A stretch of 64,000 nt of DNA from positions 96-64,095 of the forward strand of contig JAQCLD010000003.1 of the NCBI GenBank assembly GCA_027592785.1. Direction: 5' to 3'. Below, one piece after another: positions 16,080 to 26,162 of the stretch. The notes under the pieces are model-generated. The model was not told the DNA's origin, did no database searches, and was given only the letters and a program-made list of their open reading frames with translations. The translations under genes and the position numbers were made by a program. The stretch comes from Acidobacteriota bacterium. Lineage in GTDB: Bacteria; Acidobacteriota; Terriglobia; Bryobacterales; UBA6623. The number at the start of each line of letters is the position of its first letter. The first letter of the stretch is position 1.

Positions 16080-19000
16080 TCAACGAACAAAGATGAACTC
16101 CGTGGAGTTGATCAGAACGTGGGCCAAGTCGGTCCACACTTGCGTCTCTGCCACAGGATCCTGCCCATACTGCAGTTTCTGCGTTTGGAGAAACGCTAGA
16201 ATCTCTTCCCTTTCCCCGGACTCCGGCGGCCGCCCAAACGCTCTCTCGAACATGTCTGCGATACGATCTTCGGGCGTCTCTAGCGCTCGAAGCGTGCGCT
16301 CAGCCCATTTGGCGGCTTCCTGGTTGACGAACTCGTTGTTGAGCAAAATCAATGCTTGAGACGGCACGGCAGAAACGCCTCTGCGGCCGATGGTCGACAT
16401 CGGTGAAGGGTAGTCGAAGGCAAGGAATAGCGGCGGTAGGAAGTTGCGGCGCACGCCGACGTAAACGCTGCGCCGTCCGCTGCCGTCGAGAGGCCCGCTC
16501 TCGGGCTTGCCGCGGCCATCTTGGTGTTCGGAGATGTGCGGAGGAATCGGCGGGCCGCCTAACTCGGGTTTGAGAGAACCGGCTACAGCCAGGATCGAGT
16601 CGCGAATCGCCTCCGCTTCCAGGCGGCGCACGGGCATGTGCGCAAGCAGTGAATTAAGAGGGTCGACCTGCTTGGCCTGTTCGGACGCCGTGCTGTCCAT
16701 CTGGTACGTGCTGGAGAGAACAATGCGGCGTTGCAGCACCTTTACTGACCAACCGCTTTCGATGAACTCCGCAGCGAGCCAGTCGAGCAGATCGGGATGG
16801 GTTGGACGGTCTCCGGTTTGGCCAAAATTGTCGGGCGTGGCGACGATACCGCGACCAAAGTGATGCTTCCAGACACGATTGACCAGCACCCGAGCCGTAA
16901 GCGGGTTCTTGGGCGACTTCGCCCACTGGGCCAATTCGAGGCGTCCGGAACCTGAGCGAAAGGGCTGTTGATCTTCGCCGGCGATGACTTGCAGGAACTG
17001 CCGCGGAACCACGTCGCCGAGGTTCTTGTGATTACCTCGCAGGTGGATGCGGATGTCCTGCGGGTCGGCATCCATACTGGACATGGCGAACGAGGATGAC
17101 GGTACGCTGGAGCGGCTGAGGGTTCGGAGTGAGGCGGCTTCAGCGGCGGAAACACTCGAAGCTGATCCGTCGAGTTCTTCGAGCAGGATCCTGCTTGACG
17201 GGTCAGCGGAGTCGCTTCGCCACAAGTCGGTCGCCAGATTGCCGTAGGCAGAGATCAAATCCTCAAGCGACTCGATGGAACCGTCTTCCAGCAGGCGCAG
17301 TACCGAGGCGTTTGGCGGCCCGGCAATCGGCGGCGGCTCGGCAGAATTGGACAGCACGATCTTGTCGACTACGATGTGACCACTCCGGCTACGATCGGTG
17401 ATCTGCAGATAGCCGATGCGGCCTTCATCGGTAGTTAGCTTGACGCTCTTCCAGTGAAGCCCTTCATCGCCGTCGTTGGTGATGTTCTTCGACGGATGAT
17501 CATTGGCCCAGACTGTGACGCGCAGATCCGCCGTATTGGCTGGTCCCTGCGGCTTGCTTCCCGCCAGGCGAACGTGAACGTACTTCGCGTCGAGGCGGAA
17601 CTTCGGCGAGGTCAGAATTCCTTCCGCTTCGTCTGTGGCCGCGTACGAGTTGGCCAGGCCCGCAGCCAGCCCGCCATGCAGCCCTTGTGACCACGGCGTG
17701 TGTCTCGCCGGCGATTCGCCGAATGCGGCCCCTTCCACGAACCAACGCTCGTAGCCCTGTTCGAAGTCATCGAAGACGCGGTCGGCGCGCTCCTGCCACA
17801 GCGGGTGCGTGGGCTCCGCTTTAGCCGCCCAATCGCGCATCTCTTCGCGAATCCCTTGCAGTCGCTCGTCGAAGCGGTCCGCGGACGGCTGAGCCAGACT
17901 TGCCAGAGGGTAGTAAGGGTGCGAGGGCTCTGTTGCAGCGTACTCCAGTAGGCCGGCCAGTCCCTCAATCTGACGCTTGCGCTCACAGGCCGCGCCGCCA
18001 GCACTGCCGGGAAGGCAATGAATCATTAAGGCGGCCTCTACGGCCGGTGAGTGATTGTCGGGCGAGTTGAATAGTTCCGCAGCGATGGCTAGCGAGTCAC
18101 GGAGTTCGCCGGCGCGCGCCCGGAGCGACTCCGTCGCCGCTGATCGCAACTGGCTGTCGAGGTCCTGCAGTGCTGCCAGCGCGGTGTGAATTTTTGCGTC
18201 CTGTTCCGGAGAGTTGATCGACCGCTCACGCAGTTGCGTGCTGTGCAACACGCCGCCCACGGAATAGTAGTCAGCCGTAGGAATCGGATCGAACTTGTGG
18301 TCGTGGCAACGTGCGCAGGCGACGGTTAGCCCGAAGAACGCTTTACTCAAGACATCGATCTGATTGTCGACCTGATCGGCGCGCGCCTTCACTGAATCAG
18401 TCGGCGAGTTCAGCACCTCCCACAGCCAGAGCATTCCGGGCGCGATGGGCGTCTCATAGCGGGCGCCGTCAGACGAGAGGCGCTGCTCGGATTGAGGCAG
18501 CAAGTCTCCGGCGATCTGCTCGGTTACGAAGACGTCGTAAGGCAAATCCTGATTGAAGGCGTTGATCACATAGTCGCGATAACGCCAGGAGTCCAGCTTG
18601 TCGTTGTCGAACTCGTGCCCGTTGGTCTCCGCGTAGCGCACCAGGTCGAGCCAATGTCGTCCCCAACGCTCGCCATAGTGGGGCGATGCCAGGAGCCGTT
18701 CTACGACCTTGGCGTAGGCGTCAGGAGAAGCATCCGCGACGAATGCCGCGACGTCTTCTGGCGTAGGCGGCAGGCCGATTAAATCGAAGGTGACTCGGCG
18801 CAGCAGGCTCCTCCGGTCCGCGGGTTCCGCCCAGGCGAGATCTGCATCCTTGAGCTTCGAGCGGATGAAAGCGTCGACAGGCGTCTCGGCTGCTGGCTCG
18901 AAGGCGGGCGGCTTGGGTTTCACGACAGGGCGAAACGACCAGAACCCGCGCCCTTGCGCAAAGTCGATGCCGCCGACCTTTGTAACCGGCGCCGCCTCTT

Positions 19001-19367
19001 GCTGGCGCGGATCTGGGGCGCCGAGTTCGATCCAACGCATTAGATCCGCGATTTGATCGTCGGATAACCTTCCCGCCGGGGGCATTTGCAGGTCGGGATC
19101 CGTGTAGCCAACAGCCTGGATCAGTAGGCTCGCTGCCGGGTCGCCGGGCGCTATGGCGGGACCGCGACTGCCGCCGGCGAGCATCGCTGGCCCAGAGTCC
19201 AGCCGTAGGTCGGCTGCTGCCATTGTTTCCGCACTGTGGCAGGCGTAGCAGTTTTCGGCCAGCAACGGTCGGATCTTCTGCTCGAAGAACTCGAGTTCTT
19301 CAGGTGTTGGCGCTCCATAGGCCAGCACCGTGGACACCCCCAGCAGAAATAGGGCTAGACGGGCCAT
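16080..19367 (-). CDS. PSCyt (planctomycete cytochrome c) / DUF1549 / LamG-like / DUF1553 protein
   Basis: 1095 aa ORF with a signal peptide. The CYACH heme-binding motif is at residues 40-44 (19236-19250). It has a second QMPP-type block, a central jelly-roll-like insert, and a C-terminal DUF1553-like region ending SAVPSQALILLNNEFV. Confidence 0.9.
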   Translation of the reverse strand: MARLALFLLGVSTVLAYGAPTPEELEFFEQKIRPLLAENCYACHSAETMAAADLRLDSGPAMLAGGSRGPAIAPGDPAASLLIQAVGYTDPDLQMPPAGRLSDDQIADLMRWIELGAPDPRQQEAAPVTKVGGIDFAQGRGFWSFRPVVKPKPPAFEPAAETPVDAFIRSKLKDADLAWAEPADRRSLLRRVTFDLIGLPPTPEDVAAFVADASPDAYAKVVERLLASPHYGERWGRHWLDLVRYAETNGHEFDNDKLDSWRYRDYVINAFNQDLPYDVFVTEQIAGDLLPQSEQRLSSDGARYETPIAPGMLWLWEVLNSPTDSVKARADQVDNQIDVLSKAFFGLTVACARCHDHKFDPIPTADYYSVGGVLHSTQLRERSINSPEQDAKIHTALAALQDLDSQLRSAATESLRARAGELRDSLAIAAELFNSPDNHSPAVEAALMIHCLPGSAGGAACERKRQIEGLAGLLEYAATEPSHPYYPLASLAQPSADRFDERLQGIREEMRDWAAKAEPTHPLWQERADRVFDDFEQGYERWFVEGAAFGESPARHTPWSQGLHGGLAAGLANSYAATDEAEGILTSPKFRLDAKYVHVRLAGSKPQGPANTADLRVTVWANDHPSKNITNDGDEGLHWKSVKLTTDEGRIGYLQITDRSRSGHIVVDKIVLSNSAEPPPIAGPPNASVLRLLEDGSIESLEDLISAYGNLATDLWRSDSADPSSRILLEELDGSASSVSAAEAASLRTLSRSSVPSSSFAMSSMDADPQDIRIHLRGNHKNLGDVVPRQFLQVIAGEDQQPFRSGSGRLELAQWAKSPKNPLTARVLVNRVWKHHFGRGIVATPDNFGQTGDRPTHPDLLDWLAAEFIESGWSVKVLQRRIVLSSTYQMDSTASEQAKQVDPLNSLLAHMPVRRLEAEAIRDSILAVAGSLKPELGGPPIPPHISEHQDGRGKPESGPLDGSGRRSVYVGVRRNFLPPLFLAFDYPSPMSTIGRRGVSAVPSQALILLNNEFVNQEAAKWAERTLRALETPEDRIADMFERAFGRPPESGEREEILAFLQTQKLQYGQDPVAETQVWTDLAHVLINSTEFIFVR

Positions 19368-19601
19368 ATTTAGGCATCATCATACCCTGAGCCTGTTTCA
19401 AGGGGTTGGTTACTCCATTGGGACACGTAGGAAGTGGCTTCGAACGGGGCGATCTGCCCGAGGATTCTGGAGGGTCGCTGCCGGGAAGCTGTGAAATATT
19501 CCTTCAGGCGCGCAGGGCAACTCGAGAAAGGCAGGCACGGAAATCTCGGTTAATTGGCGGCCGATTGCGATGTCGGGGTGTCACGTCGGCTACGATACGC
19601 C

Positions 19602-21032
19602 ATGATGTTCGCGACTGGGCTCAAAGTGATGCTGGCTTTCTCTGTTGCCGTCGGCTGTGCGTCTGCCCAAGGGACGGCATCGGACTGGGCTCGCTTTCGA
19701 GGTCCCGACGGGGCGGGCTCGATGGAAGACTCTGCGGCTCCCATCGAGATGAGCTCGGAAGCGGGGTTCGTCTGGAAGCGCACGATTCCGACCGGCAAGT
19801 CTTCTCCGGTGCTCGCCGGCAAGCGGGTTTTTCTGACCGCCAGAGACGGCGAGCGGCTGCTCACCATAGCGCTGGACCGGGACACGGGGGAGACTGTGTG
19901 GACGGGTGAAATCATCCGGACGCACGTCGACCGCCGGAACGAGTTGAACGACGGGGCAGCGGGCTCGCCCGCCACGGACGGAAATTCCGTCTACGTCTTC
20001 TTCCCGGATTTCGGCTTGGCTGCCTACTCGGTGGAAGGGCAGGAGCTTTGGCGGCGACGGCTTGGCCCCTACGACTCGGCCCGCGGCATCTCCACCTCAC
20101 CGTTGTTGGTGGAGGGGGTCATCGTGCTGATGATCGAGCAGTTTGTCGACAGCAAGGTGTTGGGGGTCGACGCCGCGACAGGCAAGACGTTATGGTCCGT
20201 GCCGCGACCGACTTCGATGGGCGGCTCCTACGCGACGCCGGTCGCCTATAAGGCCGAGTCCGGAGAGATGTTGGCGGTGGTGACACATCCTTTCGAGCTA
20301 GTAGCCTACAAGCCCAAGACCGGCGAGAAGGTCTGGAGCGTGGGAGGCTTGCCGCACCAGCCCAAGTCGAGCCCGATGGTTGTGGGAGACACGATCATTG
20401 TCGGGGTGCAGGGCGACAGCAGTCGGGGAAACCTCAGGACTTGGGAGCGAATGCTCGCGAGTGCCGACAAGAATGGCGATGGGGCCATCAAGGGCGAAGA
20501 GGTTAGCATCACACTCGCGGACTACGATCATGACGGCGACTTTGACCAACAGGACTACGAGCAGTGGGTCAAGGAGAAGTCTCCGGCAAGCCGTCTGATG
20601 GCAGTGCGGCCGAGGGGCAGCGGCGACTTGACTGATCAGGCTGTGCTCTGGCGGGTTGACCGCGGCGTTCCCAGAATTACGACTCCGCTGCCTTACAAGG
20701 GTTCGCTCTTCCTGATGCGCAACGGCGGGATCCTATCCGCGCTCGACCTGGAAACAGGCGCGGTTCAGAAGGAGGGCCGGCTGCGCAATGCAATCGACGA
20801 ATACTTCGCGTCTCCGGTGGGCACGAACGGCCGGGTGCTCACGTTGAGCCGTGCCTGCGGGCTGACCTGGATTAAGGCTGCACCGGAGTGGGAGATCCTA
20901 TCGTCGAGTGAACTTGGGGACGAGTGCTTCGCGACTCCCGCACTCGGGCATGACGGAGTCTTCGTGCGGACGTCTACCGCGATTTATCGCTTCGCGGACC
21001 AGGCTCAGCAGAGTGACTCGGGAACTAATTAG
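19602..21032 (+). CDS. PQQ-like beta-propeller repeat protein with an internal EF-hand pair
   Basis: The track ORF is 19554-21032. I prefer the ATG at 19602 (MMFATGLKVMLAFSVAVGCASAQ signal peptide). It has repeated W-containing propeller blades (GETVW, GQELW, GKTLW, GEKVW). EF-hand loops DKNGDGAIKGEE and DYDHDGDFDQQD are present. Confidence 0.85.
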   Translation: MMFATGLKVMLAFSVAVGCASAQGTASDWARFRGPDGAGSMEDSAAPIEMSSEAGFVWKRTIPTGKSSPVLAGKRVFLTARDGERLLTIALDRDTGETVWTGEIIRTHVDRRNELNDGAAGSPATDGNSVYVFFPDFGLAAYSVEGQELWRRRLGPYDSARGISTSPLLVEGVIVLMIEQFVDSKVLGVDAATGKTLWSVPRPTSMGGSYATPVAYKAESGEMLAVVTHPFELVAYKPKTGEKVWSVGGLPHQPKSSPMVVGDTIIVGVQGDSSRGNLRTWERMLASADKNGDGAIKGEEVSITLADYDHDGDFDQQDYEQWVKEKSPASRLMAVRPRGSGDLTDQAVLWRVDRGVPRITTPLPYKGSLFLMRNGGILSALDLETGAVQKEGRLRNAIDEYFASPVGTNGRVLTLSRACGLTWIKAAPEWEILSSSELGDECFATPALGHDGVFVRTSTAIYRFADQAQQSDSGTN

Positions 21033-21097
21033 GTTCTATTGCAGGGGGCACTAGGCGCGTTGGAGATTGCGCTAGTTCTCTTGCGGGAAAAGACGGC

Positions 21098-22411
21098 TTA
21101 GCCGGCCGCGAAGACGCGCTCGAAAATCGCGTCGACGTGCCGCAGCTGATTCTCGAGCGAGAATGCGTGGTCGAAATCGGCGGACTGCAACACTCCGGCG
21201 ATATCCGAATCCGCTTCGGCCAGAGCTCTGAAATCGCCGTCCTCTTCCCAGGCCTTCATCGCATTGCGCTGCACCCAACGGTAGGCCTGCTCGCGCAACA
21301 CGCCCTTTGCAGCCAACTCGAGCAGTAACTGCCCCGAGTAGACCAGCCCGCCGCCGGACTCCAAATTCTTGCGCATGTGCTCGGGGTAAACCAACAGCCG
21401 GTCGATCAGATCCGTGGTCTTGGCCAGCAGATACTCGACCAAGATCGTCGAGTCGGGCAAGATCACTCTTTCGACCGACGAATGCGAGATGTCCCGCTCG
21501 TGCCACAGGGCGACATTTTCGAAGGCCGCCTGGGCGTTCGCCCGGACGACGCGAGCTAAGCCGCAAATCTGCTCCGAGGTAATCGGATTCTTCTTGTGCG
21601 GCATCGCCGAGCTGCCCTTCTGCGACTTCGAGAAGTACTCCTGCGCCTCGCGCACTTCGGTCCGCTGTAGGTGCCTGACTTCAAGAGCGATCTTCTCGCA
21701 GGTCGCCGCGATTAACGCCAACGTCGAGACGTAGTGGGCGTGCCGGTCGCGCTGGATCACCTGCGAAGAAATCGGCGCCGCGAGCAGTCCCAACCGTTCG
21801 CAAATCTTCTCTTCCGCCACAGGGCTGATGTGAGCGAAGGTGCCCACAGCGCCGGAGATCTTGCCCACCCGAATCTGCTCGCGCGCCTCGGAGAAGCGAG
21901 TCGCGTGGCGGCTCACCTCGGCGTACCAGTTGGCCACCTTCAGCCCGAACGTCGTCGGCTCGGCATGCACGCCGTGAGTACGGCCGACAATCACCGCATC
22001 CTTGAACTCCCAGGCGCGCCTCTTGAGCACTTCGCGGAATTTCTCGATGCCCGCGGTGATCGGCTCCGACGCCTGGCGGATGACCAAGGCCTGCGCCGTA
22101 TCGACGACGTCGTTCGAGGTCAGTCCGTAGTGCAGCCAGCGAGAGTGTTCCGCCTGGCCCGCCTCGGCCATCTTCTCGGACACGGCGGTGGTGAAGGCGA
22201 TCACGTCGTGGCGAACCTCCGCCTCGATCTCAGTGATGCGCTGTACGTCGAAATCGGCGTGCTGGCGCAGCGCCTGGGCTGCTTCAACAGGAACCTCGCC
22301 CAATTCAGCCAGCGCCTCGGAGGCAGCTAACTCAACTTCAAGCCACTGACGATAACGATTCTCTTCGGACCAGATACGGCCCATGTGGGGGCGCGTGTAG
22401 CGATCAATCAA
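21098..22411 (-). CDS. purB: Adenylosuccinate lyase
   Basis: 437 aa ORF. N-terminus MIDRYTRPHMGRIWSEENRYRQWLEVE, and the signature loop KGSSAMPHKKNP. Confidence 0.96.
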   Translation of the reverse strand: MIDRYTRPHMGRIWSEENRYRQWLEVELAASEALAELGEVPVEAAQALRQHADFDVQRITEIEAEVRHDVIAFTTAVSEKMAEAGQAEHSRWLHYGLTSNDVVDTAQALVIRQASEPITAGIEKFREVLKRRAWEFKDAVIVGRTHGVHAEPTTFGLKVANWYAEVSRHATRFSEAREQIRVGKISGAVGTFAHISPVAEEKICERLGLLAAPISSQVIQRDRHAHYVSTLALIAATCEKIALEVRHLQRTEVREAQEYFSKSQKGSSAMPHKKNPITSEQICGLARVVRANAQAAFENVALWHERDISHSSVERVILPDSTILVEYLLAKTTDLIDRLLVYPEHMRKNLESGGGLVYSGQLLLELAAKGVLREQAYRWVQRNAMKAWEEDGDFRALAEADSDIAGVLQSADFDHAFSLENQLRHVDAIFERVFAAG

Positions 22412-23190
22412 AACTCAAAAACCTCGCTGGGCTCACCCTGCTTGGCCACCAACAACCGCGTATCGCAAGCGCCGCTCTGCTGCAAGGCGTCGCCGGCAAA
22501 CATGCGGGCGACCTCCGGGTGGTTATTGTTGCCGCTCAGGTGAGCTAACACCAGGATACGCGTCGAGTGATCGAATTCGCTGGTCAGATACTCCGATACA
22601 GCGTCATTCGATAAGTGCCCCACGCGGCTCATCACGCGCTGCTTCACAAACCAGGGATACGGACCGACTTTCAGCATGTCGAGATCGTGGTTCGACTCCA
22701 AGATCAACATGTCCGCCCCGCGGATACGGTGCTTTATCGACTCCGTCAGATAACCCAAGTCCGTTGCCTGGGCGATCTTGAAGCCGCCTGACTGGAAGCA
22801 AAATCCGACCGGGTCCACCGCGTCGTGCGGGGTCGTAAAGGTGTCTACCTCGAGATCGCCGATCGTCAATCTCGCGCCAGCCTGAAACGTCTCGACCGTG
22901 GGCTCGACGTCGCCCCAGTCCAACGCGCCCGCTGTTCTTTCGGTCAAATAGACCGGCGTCGGTTTCTTCTGTTTCTTGATCAGCGTCTTCAGACCGCTAA
23001 TGTGATCGGAGTGTTCGTGCGAAACCAGCACCGCGTCGAGTTCATCAGCTGATTCGCCGACCTCGGCCATGCGTTTGCTTAGCTGCCGATAGCTAAAACC
23101 GGCATCCACCAACACACGCACGCGTTCGGTGCACACGAGCGCTGCATTGCCCCTGCTGCCGCTGCCTAGAATCGTGATTCGCAGACTCAA
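22408..23190 (-). CDS. MBL-fold metallo-hydrolase (YycJ/PhnP-like)
   Basis: 260 aa ORF with a TTG start. It contains ITILGSGSRGNA and the HxHxDH motif SHEHSDHISG. It overlaps the purB start by 4 nt. Confidence 0.9.
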   Translation of the reverse strand: MSLRITILGSGSRGNAALVCTERVRVLVDAGFSYRQLSKRMAEVGESADELDAVLVSHEHSDHISGLKTLIKKQKKPTPVYLTERTAGALDWGDVEPTVETFQAGARLTIGDLEVDTFTTPHDAVDPVGFCFQSGGFKIAQATDLGYLTESIKHRIRGADMLILESNHDLDMLKVGPYPWFVKQRVMSRVGHLSNDAVSEYLTSEFDHSTRILVLAHLSGNNNHPEVARMFAGDALQQSGACDTRLLVAKQGEPSEVFEF

Positions 23191-23389
23191 AGCTTGCTAG
23201 CCGACCCCCAACGCTCGTAGGTCTCACCGATGAGACGACAAGATAGAGTATACCCCTGGCAACGCTGTTTGCCATCATCCGATCGTGTGCATAATAATCG
23301 GCAGTTTCCTTCGCTGGGGACAGACTCTGCCGTCATGAAACGTCCCTTGGAGCCGTTCGGAGCGCTCTTCGCTTCGCTAAAGTAGGACG

Positions 23390-24295
23390 GTGCAAGCGCC
23401 CTCGCCGCTGATCGATAGAGCCTCGCTCGAAAGGCTCGAAAGGCTTTCCGTGCGTTGGAATCGCTCCTTCGCCGGACTTCTCGGCGGCCGCAACGTCTCC
23501 AGACGCGCCGGCGTCGGCCACGAATTTCTCGATCATCGAAACTATCATCACGGCGACGACCTGCGCTCGATTAACTGGCGCGCCTATCTGCGACTAGAAC
23601 GTCTCTTCTTGAAGATGTTTCGCACAGAGCCGCGCACGCCGATTCGTATTTTGCTCGACGTCAGCGAATCGATGTCTTGCGGTGGCGAATCGGGCGGCGA
23701 GCCCAAGTTCTCATACGCCTGCCGTCTAGCCGCCGCGCTCTGCTATGTCGGTCTAGTGCGTCTTGAGACGATCGTGATCTATCCGTTCTCCGACCGCCTG
23801 TTTGAGAGCTTTCGGGCCCAGGGAGGACGGCACCGCTATGCCCGCGCCGCCGACTTCCTCGAACATCTCGAAACCGGCGGGAAGTCCGACCTCGCTTCCG
23901 TCGTACGCAGCTTCTCCATCGACGTCACCGCGCCTGGGCCGACGATTGTGATCTCCGACTTTCTCGACGAGGGCGACACCCCCGCCGCTTTGCAACGCCT
24001 AGCTGCCGAAGGCCACGAACTCGCCCTGGTCCAATTGATCGCTGCCGAGGACCGGCTGCCCCCGTGGGATGGCGAGTTGGAGATCGAAGACGCCGAGACC
24101 GGCCAAACGCTCCACGTACAACTGGATCGCGAGACCGCCGAAGCGTTCGCGGTGGACTTCGACGCTTACTCCGCCGCGATCGAGAAAGTCGCCTTGCGGC
24201 ATGAAGGCCGTTACATTCGCCTCGACACCAACGTATCCATCGAGGATGCGCTCTATAGTTCCCTGACGCGCGCCGGCGCTTTGTCCGCGCAATGA
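23390..24295 (+). CDS. DUF58 domain protein
   Basis: 301 aa ORF with a GTG start. It contains GHEFLDHRNYHHGDDLRSINWRAYLRLERLFLKMF and a downstream VWA-like fold ILLDVSESM. Confidence 0.88.
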   Translation: MQAPSPLIDRASLERLERLSVRWNRSFAGLLGGRNVSRRAGVGHEFLDHRNYHHGDDLRSINWRAYLRLERLFLKMFRTEPRTPIRILLDVSESMSCGGESGGEPKFSYACRLAAALCYVGLVRLETIVIYPFSDRLFESFRAQGGRHRYARAADFLEHLETGGKSDLASVVRSFSIDVTAPGPTIVISDFLDEGDTPAALQRLAAEGHELALVQLIAAEDRLPPWDGELEIEDAETGQTLHVQLDRETAEAFAVDFDAYSAAIEKVALRHEGRYIRLDTNVSIEDALYSSLTRAGALSAQ

Positions 24296-24299
24296 ACCG

Positions 24300-26162
24300 A
24301 TGGGACTGCTAAACCTGACCCTGACCCAGTTCCTCGCGGTGCTGCTTCCTGTAGCGGCCGGATTGGTTGCGCTCTATTTCTACGACCGCTCTCGTCGGCG
24401 CGTTCGGGTCTCCTCGTTGCGTTTCTGGGGACGCCGTTCGGCGCCGCCGGTCGCCCAGCGCCAGCGCAAGATCCAGCAGCCCTGGTCGCTGCTGCTGCAG
24501 CTGCTGGCCGCCTTGTTATTGCTGCTGGCTATGGCCGACTTTCGCTGGGGCCTGGGCGATACGCCGCGGCATCACGCCATCGTCCTGGACGGCTCCGCAG
24601 CGATGCTTTACCGCACCGCCTCGGGGGCGAGCGCGATGGACCAAGCCCGCCAAAGCGCACTGGTCTATCTCGACGCACTGCCCGCCGGGGACCCGGTCGC
24701 CTTAATCCGCGCGGACGCATCGCCCTCCGTCGTTGTCGGCTTCACGGCCGACCGTGCCCGGCTGCGTCAAGCGATCGAAAACTTCGACGCTGGCTGGACT
24801 GCGCTGCGTCTTGACGCCGCCCTCGAACTGGGACGCACCTCCTTATTCCTGGCCATCGGGGCACCGATCGACGGTCCGACGCCGGAAACCCTAGGCGAGA
24901 CAGCTTATATAGGGAGCGGCCGAATCGAGCCCGGCTCCGAACCTGCCTCGCAGCCGCCTTTTTTGCGCTATATCGCTGTGGCCGAACCCGGCGACGACGT
25001 CGGCATCGTCCGCTTCGCCGCCAGCCGCCGACCCGATCAGCCCGGTCTGTGGCAAGTCTCTATTGAAATCCTGAACGACTCCGCCGCCGCGCTACCTATC
25101 ACCGCGACCGTCGACTTCGCTGGCCGCCGACTGGGCGAGCGCACCGTCCAACTCGCTCCGCGCGATTCCTCCGTCGTCGACTTCCGCATCCGCACCACCG
25201 GCGCCGGAACGCTCGAAGCCTCCCTCGAAAGCGACGATGCCTTGCCCGACAACAACCGCGTCGCACTGGACTTGCCCGCCGCCCCGCACCTGGCGACCGC
25301 CTTGCTGACATCGCGTCCAGCTGCGTGGCAGGCGCTCATCGGCGCGAACCCGGCAATTACCATCACCGAATCCGGCGCGGCGTTAACCGTCGCCGATCGC
25401 TCCTCCAGTTCTGCCAACGCGCAGGTCTGGATCGATCCACTCGCCGCGGACTCGCCTGTCGAAATCCTGCGGCGCGTCAACCGCCCGCGCATCACCGCCT
25501 GGGCCCCTGGTCACCCGGTCACCCAGGGCCTGCGTGAAACCGACATCCGACTCTCTGCCGCATCGATCCTGGCCCCCGCGCCCAATGACGTCGTCCTGGT
25601 GGAAACCTCCGAGGGCCCCATCGCCGTGGCCCGTGTAGGCAACGACCAACGGCAAGTGATCCTGGGCTTCGACTTGCTTGATCCAGCCGCGGCGGGGCGA
25701 CTAACCGGTCCGCTGCTGTTCGCCAACATCATTAGCTGGTTCGCTCCTGAGACCTTTCAATCTGTCGATGTCGAAGCTCGTCCTCCCGGCGTTTTGCAAC
25801 TGCCCATCGGCTCCTACTCTGACTCGCAGATCGCCGTCGATGCTCCCGCGGGCGTCAGTCCGGTTTGGCTGCGGCACGGCGATGAGCTGCGCCTGTTTCG
25901 TTCCTCGCCCGGGCTCATCCGCGTGCGCACTCCCTCGCAAGACTCGCGCATCTCGATGACGCTGCCTGCTCCCGGGCGCGCCGTTTGGGATGTTCCGGCG
26001 ACCGTGCGCCGCGGCATTCCCGATTCCGCCGCGATTTCCAGCGCGGTCTTTTGGCCTTGGATGGCGCTGCTCGCCGTCGCGCTGCTTTTCGTCGACTGGC
26101 GGCTGTTCGGGGATCCGACACGCCAGGCCGCCGCGCCCGCCGCTGGGGAGGCGCTCAGTTGA
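24300..26162 (+). CDS. BatA_N (aerotolerance-related N-terminal TM) domain membrane protein
   Basis: 620 aa ORF starting 5 nt after DUF58. The N-terminal TM pair is LTQFLAVLLPVAAGLVALYFYDRSRRR...PWSLLLQLLAALLLLLAM, and there is a C-terminal TM anchor. Confidence 0.8.
   Translation: MGLLNLTLTQFLAVLLPVAAGLVALYFYDRSRRRVRVSSLRFWGRRSAPPVAQRQRKIQQPWSLLLQLLAALLLLLAMADFRWGLGDTPRHHAIVLDGSAAMLYRTASGASAMDQARQSALVYLDALPAGDPVALIRADASPSVVVGFTADRARLRQAIENFDAGWTALRLDAALELGRTSLFLAIGAPIDGPTPETLGETAYIGSGRIEPGSEPASQPPFLRYIAVAEPGDDVGIVRFAASRRPDQPGLWQVSIEILNDSAAALPITATVDFAGRRLGERTVQLAPRDSSVVDFRIRTTGAGTLEASLESDDALPDNNRVALDLPAAPHLATALLTSRPAAWQALIGANPAITITESGAALTVADRSSSSANAQVWIDPLAADSPVEILRRVNRPRITAWAPGHPVTQGLRETDIRLSAASILAPAPNDVVLVETSEGPIAVARVGNDQRQVILGFDLLDPAAAGRLTGPLLFANIISWFAPETFQSVDVEARPPGVLQLPIGSYSDSQIAVDAPAGVSPVWLRHGDELRLFRSSPGLIRVRTPSQDSRISMTLPAPGRAVWDVPATVRRGIPDSAAISSAVFWPWMALLAVALLFVDWRLFGDPTRQAAAPAAGEALS

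Noticed and set aside
25985-26158. N-terminal extension of the VWA protein ORF (start at 25985)
   Set aside because: The extension overlaps the 3' end of the preceding gene in another frame and encodes Arg-rich, non-membrane sequence. The TTG at 26159 has an RBS and gives a BatA_N-like N-terminus.
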